Assembly: GCA_963779615.1 (NCBI GenBank)
Contig: CAVZZA010000005.1
Location: 64,001 to 128,000 of the forward strand
Direction: 5' to 3'
Origin: an uncultured Nitrososphaeraceae archaeon
GTDB taxonomy: Archaea; Thermoproteota; Nitrososphaeria; Nitrososphaerales; Nitrososphaeraceae
Length of the DNA stretch: 64,000 bases
Of this stretch, positions 41,170 through 51,245 are shown in pieces. Position 1 is the stretch's first letter. Each line of letters begins with the position of its first letter. Both the position numbers and the translations under genes were made by a program. Under the pieces are notes generated by a model. It did no database searches and was not told where the DNA came from. It saw only the letters and a program-made list of their open reading frames with translations.

Positions 41170-41502
41170 TTATTCATTTACCTCCACAACGGCAAAAGAA
41201 ATTGTTTTTGATAAAGGCCTACATTCTGCTATTTTTACCTTGTTCCCCTCCGTAGCATCAATACAATCTGAAATGAATGCATGGATCCTTGACTGACTCC
41301 TTTCATATCTTTTATATTTGCTAACAAAACGAGAATATTCGCGTTCAACAACTACCATATTTTTTGCTTTATGGCTCACTATAGTTCCTGAAACTAATTT
41401 TCCCCGTAAAGAGAGTGAACCACAAAATGGGCAGATTTTATTGGTGCATGTCCTTTTTGGAGATTTAACCTGAATACCTATATTTTTAACCATATCAATC
41501 AC
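41170..41502 (-). CDS. rps17: 30S ribosomal protein S17 (uS17)
   Basis: CPFCG..RG, KYKRYERS, ECRPLSKT. Confidence 0.97.
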   Translation of the reverse strand: MIDMVKNIGIQVKSPKRTCTNKICPFCGSLSLRGKLVSGTIVSHKAKNMVVVEREYSRFVSKYKRYERSQSRIHAFISDCIDATEGNKVKIAECRPLSKTISFAVVEVNE

Positions 41503-41780
41503 TTAATTCTTGAAATTTTTTCCTCTGGTCTACCTAACAATGTTTTTCCATTTATAAAGTAATCTCCAGATGCCAGAATCACTTTAAATACTTTAATTTC
41601 ACGCTTTGGTATTTTTTTTACATCAGCTATTTTTTTTTTATTTGATAAATAAATCATATTTTTGGTTTCGTTAACAATAATACCCGTCTTATCGGTATTA
41701 AATTTATTTGTGCTTTTTAATATTTTAATTTTTTTCCCGAGAATATTCACAATTTGAAATCCTGTAGAAGGTAGAGGCAT
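41499..41780 (-). CDS. rnp1: Ribonuclease P protein component 1 (Rpp29)
   Basis: G-x-IVNETKNM, IPK, GRPEE; canonical position between uL29 and uS17. Confidence 0.85.
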   Translation of the reverse strand: MPLPSTGFQIVNILGKKIKILKSTNKFNTDKTGIIVNETKNMIYLSNKKKIADVKKIPKREIKVFKVILASGDYFINGKTLLGRPEEKISRIK

Positions 41781-41992
41781 TATTTGACTAACCTACCTGT
41801 ACGTTCGTTGAATATAGTTAACACTCGAGCAATATCTCTTCGCTTCCATCTAATAACACCGGCTTCTTTTTTTAAAGTACCTTTTGAACCCTCTGAACGC
41901 AATTTAGCTAAATCAACCTTTAAATCTTCAAGTTTACCTTGGAGATCAGAGTCATTGAATTCCCTTAATGTTTTAGTTTTATTTCTTGCCAT
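41780..41992 (-). CDS. rpl29: 50S ribosomal protein L29 (uL29)
   Basis: LRE..L..KL..L, IR..RRDIARVLT. Confidence 0.93.
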   Translation of the reverse strand: MARNKTKTLREFNDSDLQGKLEDLKVDLAKLRSEGSKGTLKKEAGVIRWKRRDIARVLTIFNERTGRLVK

Positions 41993-41993
41993 G

Positions 41994-42725
41994 TTATTTG
42001 CTTACCTCCTCTTTAACTTCAACCATTTCAACATGCTTGTCTGATTCTATTGATGAGGTATCACTACCAAGGTCATGTTCTTCAGCCTTTTCACTAACCA
42101 TCTTAGAGCTTTCATCTGATGAATTATCTTTGAAATGAGTTAACAATTCGAATTCTGGTGGAACAGCTCCCTTTATAGCAATTTTCAACCTTATCCCCAT
42201 TATACCCATCTTTGTTAAGACATGAGTAATCCCCTCTTTTACCACTCTATCTGCCATATTACCACTTTTAGGAATTACTCCCGCTGAATGTTTCTCAAAA
42301 TGAGCTCTTTCACTTCTGAGTTTACCTGATATAGTAACCTCTACACCCAATGCTCCTGCGTTTTTTATGGTATTAACGGTCCACAAAGCTGCCCTTCGAA
42401 ATGCAGTACCTCTTTCTATCAATTGAGCAATCCTATTACACATTATCTTAGGGTTTAACTCCGGAATTTCCATCTCAACTACTGAAATTTGTGGGTTTGT
42501 TAAACCATATTTAACCTCTAATTTTGATGTCAGGTCTTTTATACCACTTCCTTTTCTTCCTATAACTAATCCAGGTCTTGTGACATACAACGTTAGCCTT
42601 GTACCTAATGGTGATTTTTGGATATCAACACCGCCATATCCTGCGTCTTTTAATTCTTCTCTCAAGAATTCATCCAGTTCCATGTTTCTAAAGTTATTCT
42701 TTAGGACGTTTTTTATAGCATTCAT
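41994..42725 (-). CDS. rps3: 30S ribosomal protein S3 (uS3)
   Basis: AGYGG, RPGLVIGRKG KH motif, GVEVTISGKLRSERA. Confidence 0.97.
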   Translation of the reverse strand: MNAIKNVLKNNFRNMELDEFLREELKDAGYGGVDIQKSPLGTRLTLYVTRPGLVIGRKGSGIKDLTSKLEVKYGLTNPQISVVEMEIPELNPKIMCNRIAQLIERGTAFRRAALWTVNTIKNAGALGVEVTISGKLRSERAHFEKHSAGVIPKSGNMADRVVKEGITHVLTKMGIMGIRLKIAIKGAVPPEFELLTHFKDNSSDESSKMVSEKAEEHDLGSDTSSIESDKHVEMVEVKEEVSK

Positions 42726-43199
42726 TTAAGATGTCCTCCCTTCCATTGCAATCATTTCAACATGAACCAATGTATCATATTTTGGGCTAGCTCTCCCCAT
42801 CGCACGGGGTGTAAACCTTTTTAATTTTGTTCCTTGATGAACTACTACCGAAATAATTTTTAATCTATCAAGGTCCATCCCTTTATATTCTGCATTGGAT
42901 TCCAAATTATCGAGCAACTTTAAAAACTCACTTGTCGATTTGTGCGGATAGCGGCCAGAACAGAAACCATCACGTATATTTGTACGATGAGCCACCTCAT
43001 TGTGATATCGCCTGTAGGGAACAGCTATTTTTTTAGACAATACATTCTCAAGGAATTCTCTTGCTTTTTCAATACTTTTACCTTTCACTGCTAATGCAAT
43101 CTCTCGTGAATGTTTATGTGAAATAGATTTATCACGTAAGGCAGCCCTTACGTGTCTAGATTTCTCATATTTTTGAAAAGAATATGAATAATTAGGCAT
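42726..43199 (-). CDS. rpl22: 50S ribosomal protein L22 (uL22)
   Basis: SHKHSREI, GRYPHK, NLESNAEYKG, PRAMGRA. Confidence 0.97.
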   Translation of the reverse strand: MPNYSYSFQKYEKSRHVRAALRDKSISHKHSREIALAVKGKSIEKAREFLENVLSKKIAVPYRRYHNEVAHRTNIRDGFCSGRYPHKSTSEFLKLLDNLESNAEYKGMDLDRLKIISVVVHQGTKLKRFTPRAMGRASPKYDTLVHVEMIAMEGRTS

Positions 43200-43204
43200 C
43201 TATA

Positions 43205-43612
43205 TCACTTTAATGGAACATACAAGCTTGAACGTGACGAACCAACTCCAGGTGACCCGTGCTGAACTCTTTTATTAGTAATTGAATATTCTCCAAGGTA
43301 ATGACCAACCATTTCTGCTCTAATGGTAAAAGATACAAATTCTTTTCCATTATGAACAAGAACATTCAATCCTATCATATCAGGTAATATTATCATATCC
43401 CTAAGATGGGTTTTTAATGGGCTTGTCAATTTCCCCTCTCTTGATAGTTTTAACTCTTCTCTAAATTTTCTTTTTTCATCTGTCATATAAGTAGACAATC
43501 GCCTATCTAAAGATCTTCTCTGACGGGAATTTAGCAATGGCATTAATTTCTCAATGGATATTTTTTGAACTTGGTCGGCAGAATAACCTTTGAATTTAAA
43601 CTCTCTTACCAT
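43205..43612 (-). CDS. rps19: 30S ribosomal protein S19 (uS19)
   Basis: KTHLRDMIILPDMIG, HNGK, GHYLGEYS, SSLYVPLK. Confidence 0.98.
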   Translation of the reverse strand: MVREFKFKGYSADQVQKISIEKLMPLLNSRQRRSLDRRLSTYMTDEKRKFREELKLSREGKLTSPLKTHLRDMIILPDMIGLNVLVHNGKEFVSFTIRAEMVGHYLGEYSITNKRVQHGSPGVGSSRSSLYVPLK

Positions 43613-43675
43613 TTATAGACACTCTCCATCAACAGGAAGAATTTTAGATTTGATATAAACAATAGATCTCAATAT

Positions 43676-43984
43676 TTACACCAAACCTAAATTAGTCGCT
43701 AGTTGTCTAGCACCATCTGTATTTTTAAACTTCATGATAGCCTTTTTACCTCTAATGGTATTAAATGTATTTACTTCGCTAACATCTGCCTCATAAATTA
43801 CTCTCATAGATTCAATGACTTGTTTTTTAGTCGACTTACTGTGGACGATAAAGACCAGTTTATTTTCTTTTTCAATAAGGTTAAAAGTTTTTTCGGTTAT
43901 ATAGGGTTCAACTAAAATTTTACTGGCTATATCGGCATTGATTTTTATGTTTTTATTATTTATAAACTCACTCATTTCTATCAC
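43676..43984 (-). CDS. rpl23: 50S ribosomal protein L23 (uL23)
   Basis: PYITEK..IEKENKLVFIV, VNT..GKKA. Confidence 0.95.
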   Translation of the reverse strand: MIEMSEFINNKNIKINADIASKILVEPYITEKTFNLIEKENKLVFIVHSKSTKKQVIESMRVIYEADVSEVNTFNTIRGKKAIMKFKNTDGARQLATNLGLV

Positions 43985-44796
43985 TTTTCTAATAATAAAT
44001 TTAAAGGAAGCTTTATTTCCTTTAATACATCTAATGCACTTTGAGAAAAAATCGCTAACCTAATAGGTTTTGACCCCGGCACTAAATCCAACACACTCAA
44101 GTTTTTTGCATATTTAACGGTAATACCAGGAATTGAATCATTTAAATTTAATAATTGTGAATCTTTTGTGCCTACAATAATAATAGCACTTTTTCCAATT
44201 TTATTAGACCTACCTCTCCTTCTGGATTTTCCCGTTCGCTTTTTTATTGAATTCTCGACTCGTTTTAAATCACTTTCTATACCCAATGCTTTTAATACTT
44301 GTAACAACATTTTTGTTTTTTGAATATTTTCAATTTCATTAACAACAACCAAAGGAAAGGATTTTATTTCATCAACAGCATGACCTCTTTTTTTTGCCAA
44401 TTCATTAACAGCTGTTGAGGATATTGATGAATATAATGCAATCAGCTTTTCTTTTTTATTTATTTTCTTATAAGTTACCTTCCAAGATTCAGGTGGATGT
44501 GCCAATCTCCCTTTTCTTACTCCTGCTACCCCAGCTGCCTGTCCTGCACGCGAAAAACCTTCTCCTTTTGCTCTAGCTAATCTAGCAATACCCAAACCAG
44601 TGTTTCGTGATTCTGCACTTACTATCTCCCCTGCGGCGGGGTACCTTCCTTGTTTTTGATAATGATGAGAATCCAGATTAACATATACTTTTTTTATGAC
44701 TTCTGGGCGATAAGGAAAATTGAATACGGGAGGTAGATCCACATTTGAAGTCTCCCTTCCTTCTAAATCATATACTTTTGCATTCATACTACACAA
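43981..44796 (-). CDS. rpl4: 50S ribosomal protein L4 (uL4)
   Basis: SAES..G.GIARLAR, GRLAHPP, KINKKE, L-x-PG. Confidence 0.96.
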   Translation of the reverse strand: MCSMNAKVYDLEGRETSNVDLPPVFNFPYRPEVIKKVYVNLDSHHYQKQGRYPAAGEIVSAESRNTGLGIARLARAKGEGFSRAGQAAGVAGVRKGRLAHPPESWKVTYKKINKKEKLIALYSSISSTAVNELAKKRGHAVDEIKSFPLVVVNEIENIQKTKMLLQVLKALGIESDLKRVENSIKKRTGKSRRRGRSNKIGKSAIIIVGTKDSQLLNLNDSIPGITVKYAKNLSVLDLVPGSKPIRLAIFSQSALDVLKEIKLPLNLLLEK

Positions 44797-45787
44797 TCAC
44801 TTCCAATATTTTAGGTTCAACATTTTTTGTTGGTTTACTGCGAATCGGTTGTCGTAATTTTATTAATCTTTTTGGAACACCTGGAATAGTACCTCTGACT
44901 ATCATGTAATCCCCATCCACCAATCCATAATGTTTGAAACCGCCTTTAGGATTAATATTTGTAACGTCGTTTCTTTCAGAATTTGACATTAACAATATTC
45001 TTTTATTATATTCGGTTCTTTGATGAAATCCCCTTTGACCTTGTCTTGGAACCGTATACATAACTACGGCTGGAGAAATAGGTCCTAGGGTTCCGACAGC
45101 TCTTACACTTTTCCTTGATTTGTGCTGTTTTCGTTTAACTCCGAATCTTGTAATTGGCCCTTCAACACCTTTTCCCCGAGTTATTCCATTCACATCAATA
45201 TGTTGACCGTTTTTAAAAACATCTAATGCACGAACCTCTTGGCCTAGTTTTGATTTTAGGAAATCAAATTTGGTTTTAACATCCTTACCGGAAACAGGCA
45301 CTTCAAAAATAAAAGGCTTTTTTTGTGAAATTCCAACCCTGTCGGGGAAAACTGCAACTACTGCCACTAGATGCTCAGCATTTGCAAGACTATTTTCTGC
45401 TTTTTTAAGTCCATCTTCAGAGTATTTAGCTTTAAACTTTGATGACAGATCTTTAACAGAATCTTTAGAATAAACATCAAAAATGGCATGCCTACCATAC
45501 CCATCTACTGAATAACCCCTAATCCCAACGATTTTTAATGGAGGCAATGAAATAACAGTAGAATGATTCATCAAAGGTTTTCCATAATTTGGAGTTTTTT
45601 CTTTATCATCTATAGTCATTACCTGGATTTGCCCTACTTTAAACCCAGCAAAACCAACCAGCCCGACACTCTCCTTATTGGAATTGTCAGGCCATGTTCT
45701 TAGTCGAGCTTCCAGACTTTTTGCTCTGGCCCTAGGACGAAAAGCAATACTTCCTCTTCTCGGTGCGCTATACTTTCTATGACCCAT
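44789..45787 (-). CDS. rpl3: 50S ribosomal protein L3 (uL3)
   Basis: MGHRKYSAPRRGS..PR.RA, GFKVG, TRGKG, GFHQRTEYNKR; ATG at 45787 preferred. Confidence 0.98.
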   Translation of the reverse strand: MGHRKYSAPRRGSIAFRPRARAKSLEARLRTWPDNSNKESVGLVGFAGFKVGQIQVMTIDDKEKTPNYGKPLMNHSTVISLPPLKIVGIRGYSVDGYGRHAIFDVYSKDSVKDLSSKFKAKYSEDGLKKAENSLANAEHLVAVVAVFPDRVGISQKKPFIFEVPVSGKDVKTKFDFLKSKLGQEVRALDVFKNGQHIDVNGITRGKGVEGPITRFGVKRKQHKSRKSVRAVGTLGPISPAVVMYTVPRQGQRGFHQRTEYNKRILLMSNSERNDVTNINPKGGFKHYGLVDGDYMIVRGTIPGVPKRLIKLRQPIRSKPTKNVEPKILEVIV

Positions 45788-45846
45788 ATATAAAAAATTT
45801 TTCAAAACCCATTAATAAGTTTATAATTACCAAAGGATTGGCGATT

Positions 45847-46722
45847 TTAAACTTTAGAATCAATAAAAATATTCAATATAGATAATACACCAAGTATGGA
45901 CTCCTCTAACCTTACAGTTTGTGTTCCTTGATAAGGAAAAAAATTAAACGAATGATAATTGGATATGTTTATCCTTTCTTTAATGAAAATATCGTTTAAA
46001 CCATATTTTGGTGATCCAAAAACTATCAAAATAGAATTATCGGCACTTTTATTATTTTGTAAATCATATAGAAAACTGGAATCAAGTTTAAAGTATTCAG
46101 AATATTTAGATGTAAGAATTATTTTGGGTTTTGGATACTTCTTTAAAATTTCATCTATGAAATTGTTATAAAAAACGTTGTATCCCCAATAAATTTCGTT
46201 AATTCCTTCACGGTTTACATCTACAGCAGTTAAAGTATTGTTTTTTTTTAACAATTTTACGTTGATTTTTTTTCCTTGTTGTTTTATATTCCCCTGATAT
46301 TTAATTAAGGAATCCAATCCCACGTCTACAAAAAACTGTTTATCTCTTTTTTCCAACACCCCGACCCTTGTTTCTCCACTTTTAACATTTTCTAATGCGA
46401 TTTTATCTTTATGGTGAGGAGATCGGATAGGATGAAGTCTACCAACATACTTAAAAAAATCCATTTTGGGATAAATCTTTTTTCTAAGATATTGAGGGGT
46501 ATCAAGATATTCTAAAAGTGTAACTATAAAATTGGTTTCATCTTTTCTCGGATTAATAATTTTATCATGGAAAATAAATATATTTTCGACTCGAAAAATA
46601 GACAAACATCGAGAAAGCTGGAAGATTTTAAAGGTTTTATCAGTGTCTGATGTAATACCACTTAAAAAGGAATCAGGTATTGCTATATCAAATTTTAAAT
46701 TAGTATTAGATATAATTATCAC
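45847..46722 (-). CDS. SPOUT-class RNA methyltransferase (C9orf114-like)
   Basis: IAIPDS, IFRV, YLDTPQYLRK, VFGSP, QGTQTVRLEE; upstream of rpl3. Confidence 0.88.
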   Translation of the reverse strand: MIIISNTNLKFDIAIPDSFLSGITSDTDKTFKIFQLSRCLSIFRVENIFIFHDKIINPRKDETNFIVTLLEYLDTPQYLRKKIYPKMDFFKYVGRLHPIRSPHHKDKIALENVKSGETRVGVLEKRDKQFFVDVGLDSLIKYQGNIKQQGKKINVKLLKKNNTLTAVDVNREGINEIYWGYNVFYNNFIDEILKKYPKPKIILTSKYSEYFKLDSSFLYDLQNNKSADNSILIVFGSPKYGLNDIFIKERINISNYHSFNFFPYQGTQTVRLEESILGVLSILNIFIDSKV

Positions 46723-47384
46723 CTGTTTTCTAAAAGTTCTTTTACAGCTCCCTCCAAATAACCATCTGAACCAAAGAAACTGTATCTTAAAACTCCGTCC
46801 CTGTCAATAATAATTGAAGATGGAGTTCCTCTGAGTTTGTATAATTCAAAAGTTTGTGCAGAAAATTCTTTATTCCTCAAATAATTTTGTACTTTTGAAA
46901 ATAATTCTTCTTTTTCTTTTTCAGAAGAAGGTTTGTAGTCCGCGAAATAGGTTTCAATAAAATCTTTAACCACATCTTCAGAAATATTTTCAGGCATTTT
47001 TGTCACTTTATCCATGGCGACAGGAAAAGGGATCTTATAATAAAGGGTATCCCCATTTACCAATTTGCCATGCTGTCGTAAAGTTTTATAAGTTTCACCT
47101 ATTACCTTACCCTCTGTTAAAAGTGATTTCAAGTTCTCAAGATTATTTTTATCGTAATCTTCAAAAGCAGTTGCAATGCCTAATACCCTTACTTCTTTAT
47201 CTTTGTATTTTTCATAAAGGGAGATAGATTGAGGCAATCCATAAAGAAAACATCCAGGGCAATTTACCTGGAAGACCTCTATGACAATAATATTACCGTA
47301 TAATTTATCGATATTGGTTGGTAATCCCTGGATCCAATCAGATACCTTGACATTAGGAGCTTTAGCACCTATTTCAGCTAACAT
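46719..47384 (-). CDS. Thioredoxin-fold redoxin (TlpA-like)
   Basis: FQVNCPGCF, LGIATAFED, LRGTPS. Confidence 0.85.
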   Translation of the reverse strand: MLAEIGAKAPNVKVSDWIQGLPTNIDKLYGNIIVIEVFQVNCPGCFLYGLPQSISLYEKYKDKEVRVLGIATAFEDYDKNNLENLKSLLTEGKVIGETYKTLRQHGKLVNGDTLYYKIPFPVAMDKVTKMPENISEDVVKDFIETYFADYKPSSEKEKEELFSKVQNYLRNKEFSAQTFELYKLRGTPSSIIIDRDGVLRYSFFGSDGYLEGAVKELLENR

Positions 47385-47463
47385 TTTACACCAGATTTCA
47401 AATCTAAATGATTATTTAAACTGTCCTTATTGATAAAAATTATATTTATTGTGTGATCAATAA

Positions 47464-48195
47464 TTAGGTAGAGCTTTCTTTTTGCGTGATTTCTTTAGAA
47501 TATCGTTCTATTTCTTCTTCAGAGATCATTTTAAGTGTTTTAGAGGCTGAATCAATTACTGCAAGTCTAATGTGCTTCGTCCCTGTTTTTTCCTCACTTA
47601 CAGTGAAAATAGATTCTATGGCCAAAACACATGCCTTATCCATTGATATGTCACTTTTGTAATTCTTTTCCAAAAATTCAGTTACTTGTTCACTTCCAGC
47701 ACCGATTGCCACTGCATCATATCCGATATATGTTCCGCTTGGATCTGTGAGATACAGTCCAAGGCCATTTTTATCTACCCCTGCAAGAATCAAAGCAACA
47801 CCATATGGTCTCACTCCAGCATATTGGGTGTACTGCTGCGCCATGTCTGCTAAATTTTTAGCAACACCTTCTACATCTACTGGTTCATCATAAATCAACC
47901 TATTACTTTGAGAAAAAAATCTAGCATGGTCAACTTGTGTTCGCGCATCAGGGATATAACCTGCGGCGGCAAGACCAATATGGTCATCAATTTGAAATAT
48001 TTTTTGAGTAACACTTGATACTTGTAATTTTCTGGTTTTTTCCTCAACTGCCAAAAGGACACCTTCAGTGCTTTTTATTCCTAAAGCTAAAGTGCCTCTT
48101 CTAACAGTCTCGATTGCATATTCTACCTGATATAATCGGCCATCAGGTGAAAAAACTGTAATTGCTCTATCATAACCTGCTGCGGCTGGTAACAA
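47464..48195 (-). CDS. psmA: Proteasome subunit alpha
   Basis: YDRAITVFSPDGRLYQVEYA signature. Confidence 0.98.
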   Translation of the reverse strand: MLPAAAGYDRAITVFSPDGRLYQVEYAIETVRRGTLALGIKSTEGVLLAVEEKTRKLQVSSVTQKIFQIDDHIGLAAAGYIPDARTQVDHARFFSQSNRLIYDEPVDVEGVAKNLADMAQQYTQYAGVRPYGVALILAGVDKNGLGLYLTDPSGTYIGYDAVAIGAGSEQVTEFLEKNYKSDISMDKACVLAIESIFTVSEEKTGTKHIRLAVIDSASKTLKMISEEEIERYSKEITQKESST

Positions 48196-48307
48196 ATCAA
48201 CTAATTTACTTTCTAGTCTTTATTTATAGTTACCTTATTTAAAAAAGAAACTAATTAATTATCATTGATAATATTTTTATTTTGTTTAATTAGCATGTAA
48301 TAAGATT

Positions 48308-48727
48308 TTGATATCAGAGGAGGTTATCTTTGAAGGGCACCCAAACGTTCAGTCTTTACACTCCAGAACAATAGAAATAACAAAGGACAAAAATTTAACC
48401 TTAAAAGGAGATTGTATAATAGGAGTAAATGCAAATAAATCGTGCAAAGACTTGCTACCTAAAATAAAGGAAAAAATAAAAAAAAATAATTCATCTATTG
48501 AAATAGAATTAATAGTAGAACCTTATAGTTTCATAATCAAAGGTTCAGGTAATGAGGATCTTTTATTATCAAATTCTAAAGATATTGTTTTACGAAAAAG
48601 CAAATTTATTTGTGATCGAACACTTTCTATAAATTGTAATTATGGTTCATTAGAAATACCGAGAGAAATTATTGATTTATTAAAGAATTTAGGCAAGACG
48701 GGCATTATGTTAATTAAGGTAGAATAG
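48308..48727 (+). CDS. DUF371 family protein
   Basis: GHPNV..H..TIEITKD..LT.KGDCIIGV, V.RKS.F..RTL. Confidence 0.88.
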   Translation: MISEEVIFEGHPNVQSLHSRTIEITKDKNLTLKGDCIIGVNANKSCKDLLPKIKEKIKKNNSSIEIELIVEPYSFIIKGSGNEDLLLSNSKDIVLRKSKFICDRTLSINCNYGSLEIPREIIDLLKNLGKTGIMLIKVE

Positions 48728-48756
48728 GAAGGCCTTTAAATCCGAATAATTAAAAT

Positions 48757-49626
48757 TCAAATTTTTTTAAAATCGGTCTTTGTTATCTTCTCAAATGCTT
48801 CAATATATCTATCGGATATTTTATTGATTATATCAGAGGGCAAATATGGAGGTTTGGGTTTTTTACCCCGTAATGAAAAGTCATCAATAGTTTTTTTAAA
48901 GCCAGTTTCGATCAACCAATCTCTCAATATTTGTTTATCGAAGCTATCCTGTAATTTTCCAGGAGAGTATTTATCAGATTCCCATAGCCTATATTCATCG
49001 GGACCAAGAGAATCTGCCAATACAATTTCACCAGTTAAAGGATCTTTTCCAAATTCAAATTTAACATCAGCTAATATATAATTTGAGGATGAATTTATTA
49101 TGTTATTCATTTGATTATAGAGATTAAGAGATAACCATTTTATTTTATCAAATTCACCATTACTCAATATACTATTTTTTATAATTTGTTCTTCGGTTAT
49201 TGGAAGATCATGTTCATCAGACTTGGTTGTAGGATCAAATAATAAAAAAGGCAGTTTAGATGCAACAGCAAATTCGTTATTTTTCAAATAAGAACATAAT
49301 TCTATTGGTATATTCATATAATTTCCCGTTTTATAACGGGAAAACAAGCCTCCATACATATAACCCCTAACAACACATTCGATTGGAATCATTGTTAATC
49401 TTTTAACTAAAATTTTATCTCTGTCAATTTTTTTTATATAGTGGTTGTTAATATTTAATGAAGAAAACCAGAATATAGCAAAATCGCATAATACTTTACC
49501 TTTATACGGAATGGAGTTATTCATTATTATATCAAAAGCTGAAACTCTATCGGTAAAATGAAAAATCAAGGTTTCTTTATCAACTTCATATATATCTTTG
49601 ACCTTTCCCTTTTTGATTAGCCTCAA
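48757..49626 (-). CDS. purC: SAICAR synthetase
   Basis: GKVKDIY, TDRVSAFD, IPIECVVRGY, ADVKFEFG, FDKQILRDWL. Confidence 0.97.
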   Translation of the reverse strand: MRLIKKGKVKDIYEVDKETLIFHFTDRVSAFDIIMNNSIPYKGKVLCDFAIFWFSSLNINNHYIKKIDRDKILVKRLTMIPIECVVRGYMYGGLFSRYKTGNYMNIPIELCSYLKNNEFAVASKLPFLLFDPTTKSDEHDLPITEEQIIKNSILSNGEFDKIKWLSLNLYNQMNNIINSSSNYILADVKFEFGKDPLTGEIVLADSLGPDEYRLWESDKYSPGKLQDSFDKQILRDWLIETGFKKTIDDFSLRGKKPKPPYLPSDIINKISDRYIEAFEKITKTDFKKI

Positions 49627-50135
49627 TATTTTAATTATAATATGGAAGGTAATAAAAATAATTTTTAGAACAAAAAAAAAGTAAATTGTTTTTTAAATGA
49701 AAATGCCAAGTCACCTCGCCAGGGAATCGGAATCTTATTAACAAATGTTATATCAAGCAATGTTTAAAATTGAAATGTTTTTAGCAATTCGGCATTTCAT
49801 TACTACAAAACTGTAAGACCATGAAGAGGAAAAACGTTTTGGTGATGCCAAAATCGACCAAGGATGATTACTTTAGCGTTGTAATTGACAAATCCACCAA
49901 TATCAACAATTTTTTTATATTTTTTTGTTGAAATAAATTAGACATTAAAACCCAAGATTGAAAAAGGAATAGATATGGCATATAGTTTGTTGTGTAATAT
50001 ATTTTTTTAAGGATTTATATCAATATTTTTTTGCCTATTTAGCAATAGTTTCATTTAGCATATGGTAGTGATCATCAAAAAATCCAATCCAACATGAAAA
50101 CATAATTTATATTACCTAGGTCTAAACATTCTCTT

Positions 50136-50228
50136 AATATTTGCATTGTGATCCCAGATGAATATCAAGCGTGCTGTGTTCCCGGTTACAAAGGTATTCA
50201 AATGGACTGCTGTCACAATGCAAATATT
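50136..50228 (+). other. Long intergenic hairpin (candidate structured RNA)
   Basis: Perfect 16-bp IR AATATTTGCATTGTGA / TCACAATGCAAATATT plus inner stem TGAATATC/GGTATTCA. Confidence 0.5.
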
Positions 50229-50462
50229 TTTTAAGGTCATATATCAAAATTAATAGCCAAGTAGTTCATTGCATTACAGTTCTATAAGATCATCCCCAGA
50301 TTTTACAAATTCAAAACATAAAACAATAATTTAGAAGTCTTATAATTTTACAAATAGTCCGAAAAAATTGTCAGCATAGGAAAAAAATTTAAGAAACGAC
50401 ATAATCAAGTTGTTATAACGTTTAATAAAAAAATAAAATTAGAAAGTTTACCGGATATTCTC

Positions 50463-50726
50463 TTGGGTTTGGATTCTGACGAGGGAATAAGGATAGAAAA
50501 TTGTGAGGACGGAAGAAAAATATTCATTAATAGAAATTTACTTGGAACATATAATATTTTAATAAGAACTAAGAAAAAATCAGTTAATCAAGATAAAGGA
50601 AAAGGGAAAGATAATGAAAAAAACGACAAAGGATGTTTTGAACAAATCCTTAACTATAATGAAGCCGCCCTTGTCTTAGAATTCATTAAAGAAAAAGTAG
50701 ATAAATTCAATATTTGGTTATATTGA
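50463..50726 (+). CDS. Hypothetical protein
   Basis: 87-aa ORF, GIRIE..GRKIFINRN..YNILI, ends IWLY. Confidence 0.6.
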   Translation: MGLDSDEGIRIENCEDGRKIFINRNLLGTYNILIRTKKKSVNQDKGKGKDNEKNDKGCFEQILNYNEAALVLEFIKEKVDKFNIWLY

Positions 50727-50921
50727 TCTAAAACATATACTTTTCATTTTTGTAATTCATAAAGTCATGAAAAAAACGCAAATTTATAAATGTGGTTGCT
50801 TCATTATACCAAGAAAAGTTATTTAAACTAGGCATACACAAAAAAACAAAGTCCAACAGGTTAATTTTTAAATATATAAAATCAAAGATTGTAAATCATT
50901 CAAGGATTGAAAAGATTTATT

Positions 50922-51140
50922 TTATTGAGGCGTCCATTTAAAATAAACCGTACCTGCTTTACATGTTACAAATAGATTTGATGAAGCATAAGTAGAATTT
51001 ACTTCTAATTCAGACAAAATGTCATCTATTTCGTTCTCATCTCCATTGGATTTTGAAAATATATTGATAATCTCTTCTTTTGAAAATTCTATGCCAGAAT
51101 TGATTTTAAAAAAATCAATTAATTCTAATTTATTAATCAT
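50922..51140 (-). CDS. Small hypothetical protein
   Basis: 72-aa ATG ORF ending CKAGTVYFKW. Confidence 0.6.
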   Translation of the reverse strand: MINKLELIDFFKINSGIEFSKEEIINIFSKSNGDENEIDDILSELEVNSTYASSNLFVTCKAGTVYFKWTPQ

Positions 51141-51245
51141 GTTTAACTACAACTACAATTTCATGTAAATGAAATTTAAATTTATTATTTTATTGGATGA
51201 CATAGAAAAGATTTTATAAAAAAAAGGATTAACATAAATAAATTA

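Noticed and set aside
43613-43675. Absence of uL2 between rpl23 and rps19, and the cluster ending after rpl6
   Set aside because: Splitting of the archaeal ribosomal protein superoperon is common; the genes are most likely elsewhere and no remnant is visible.
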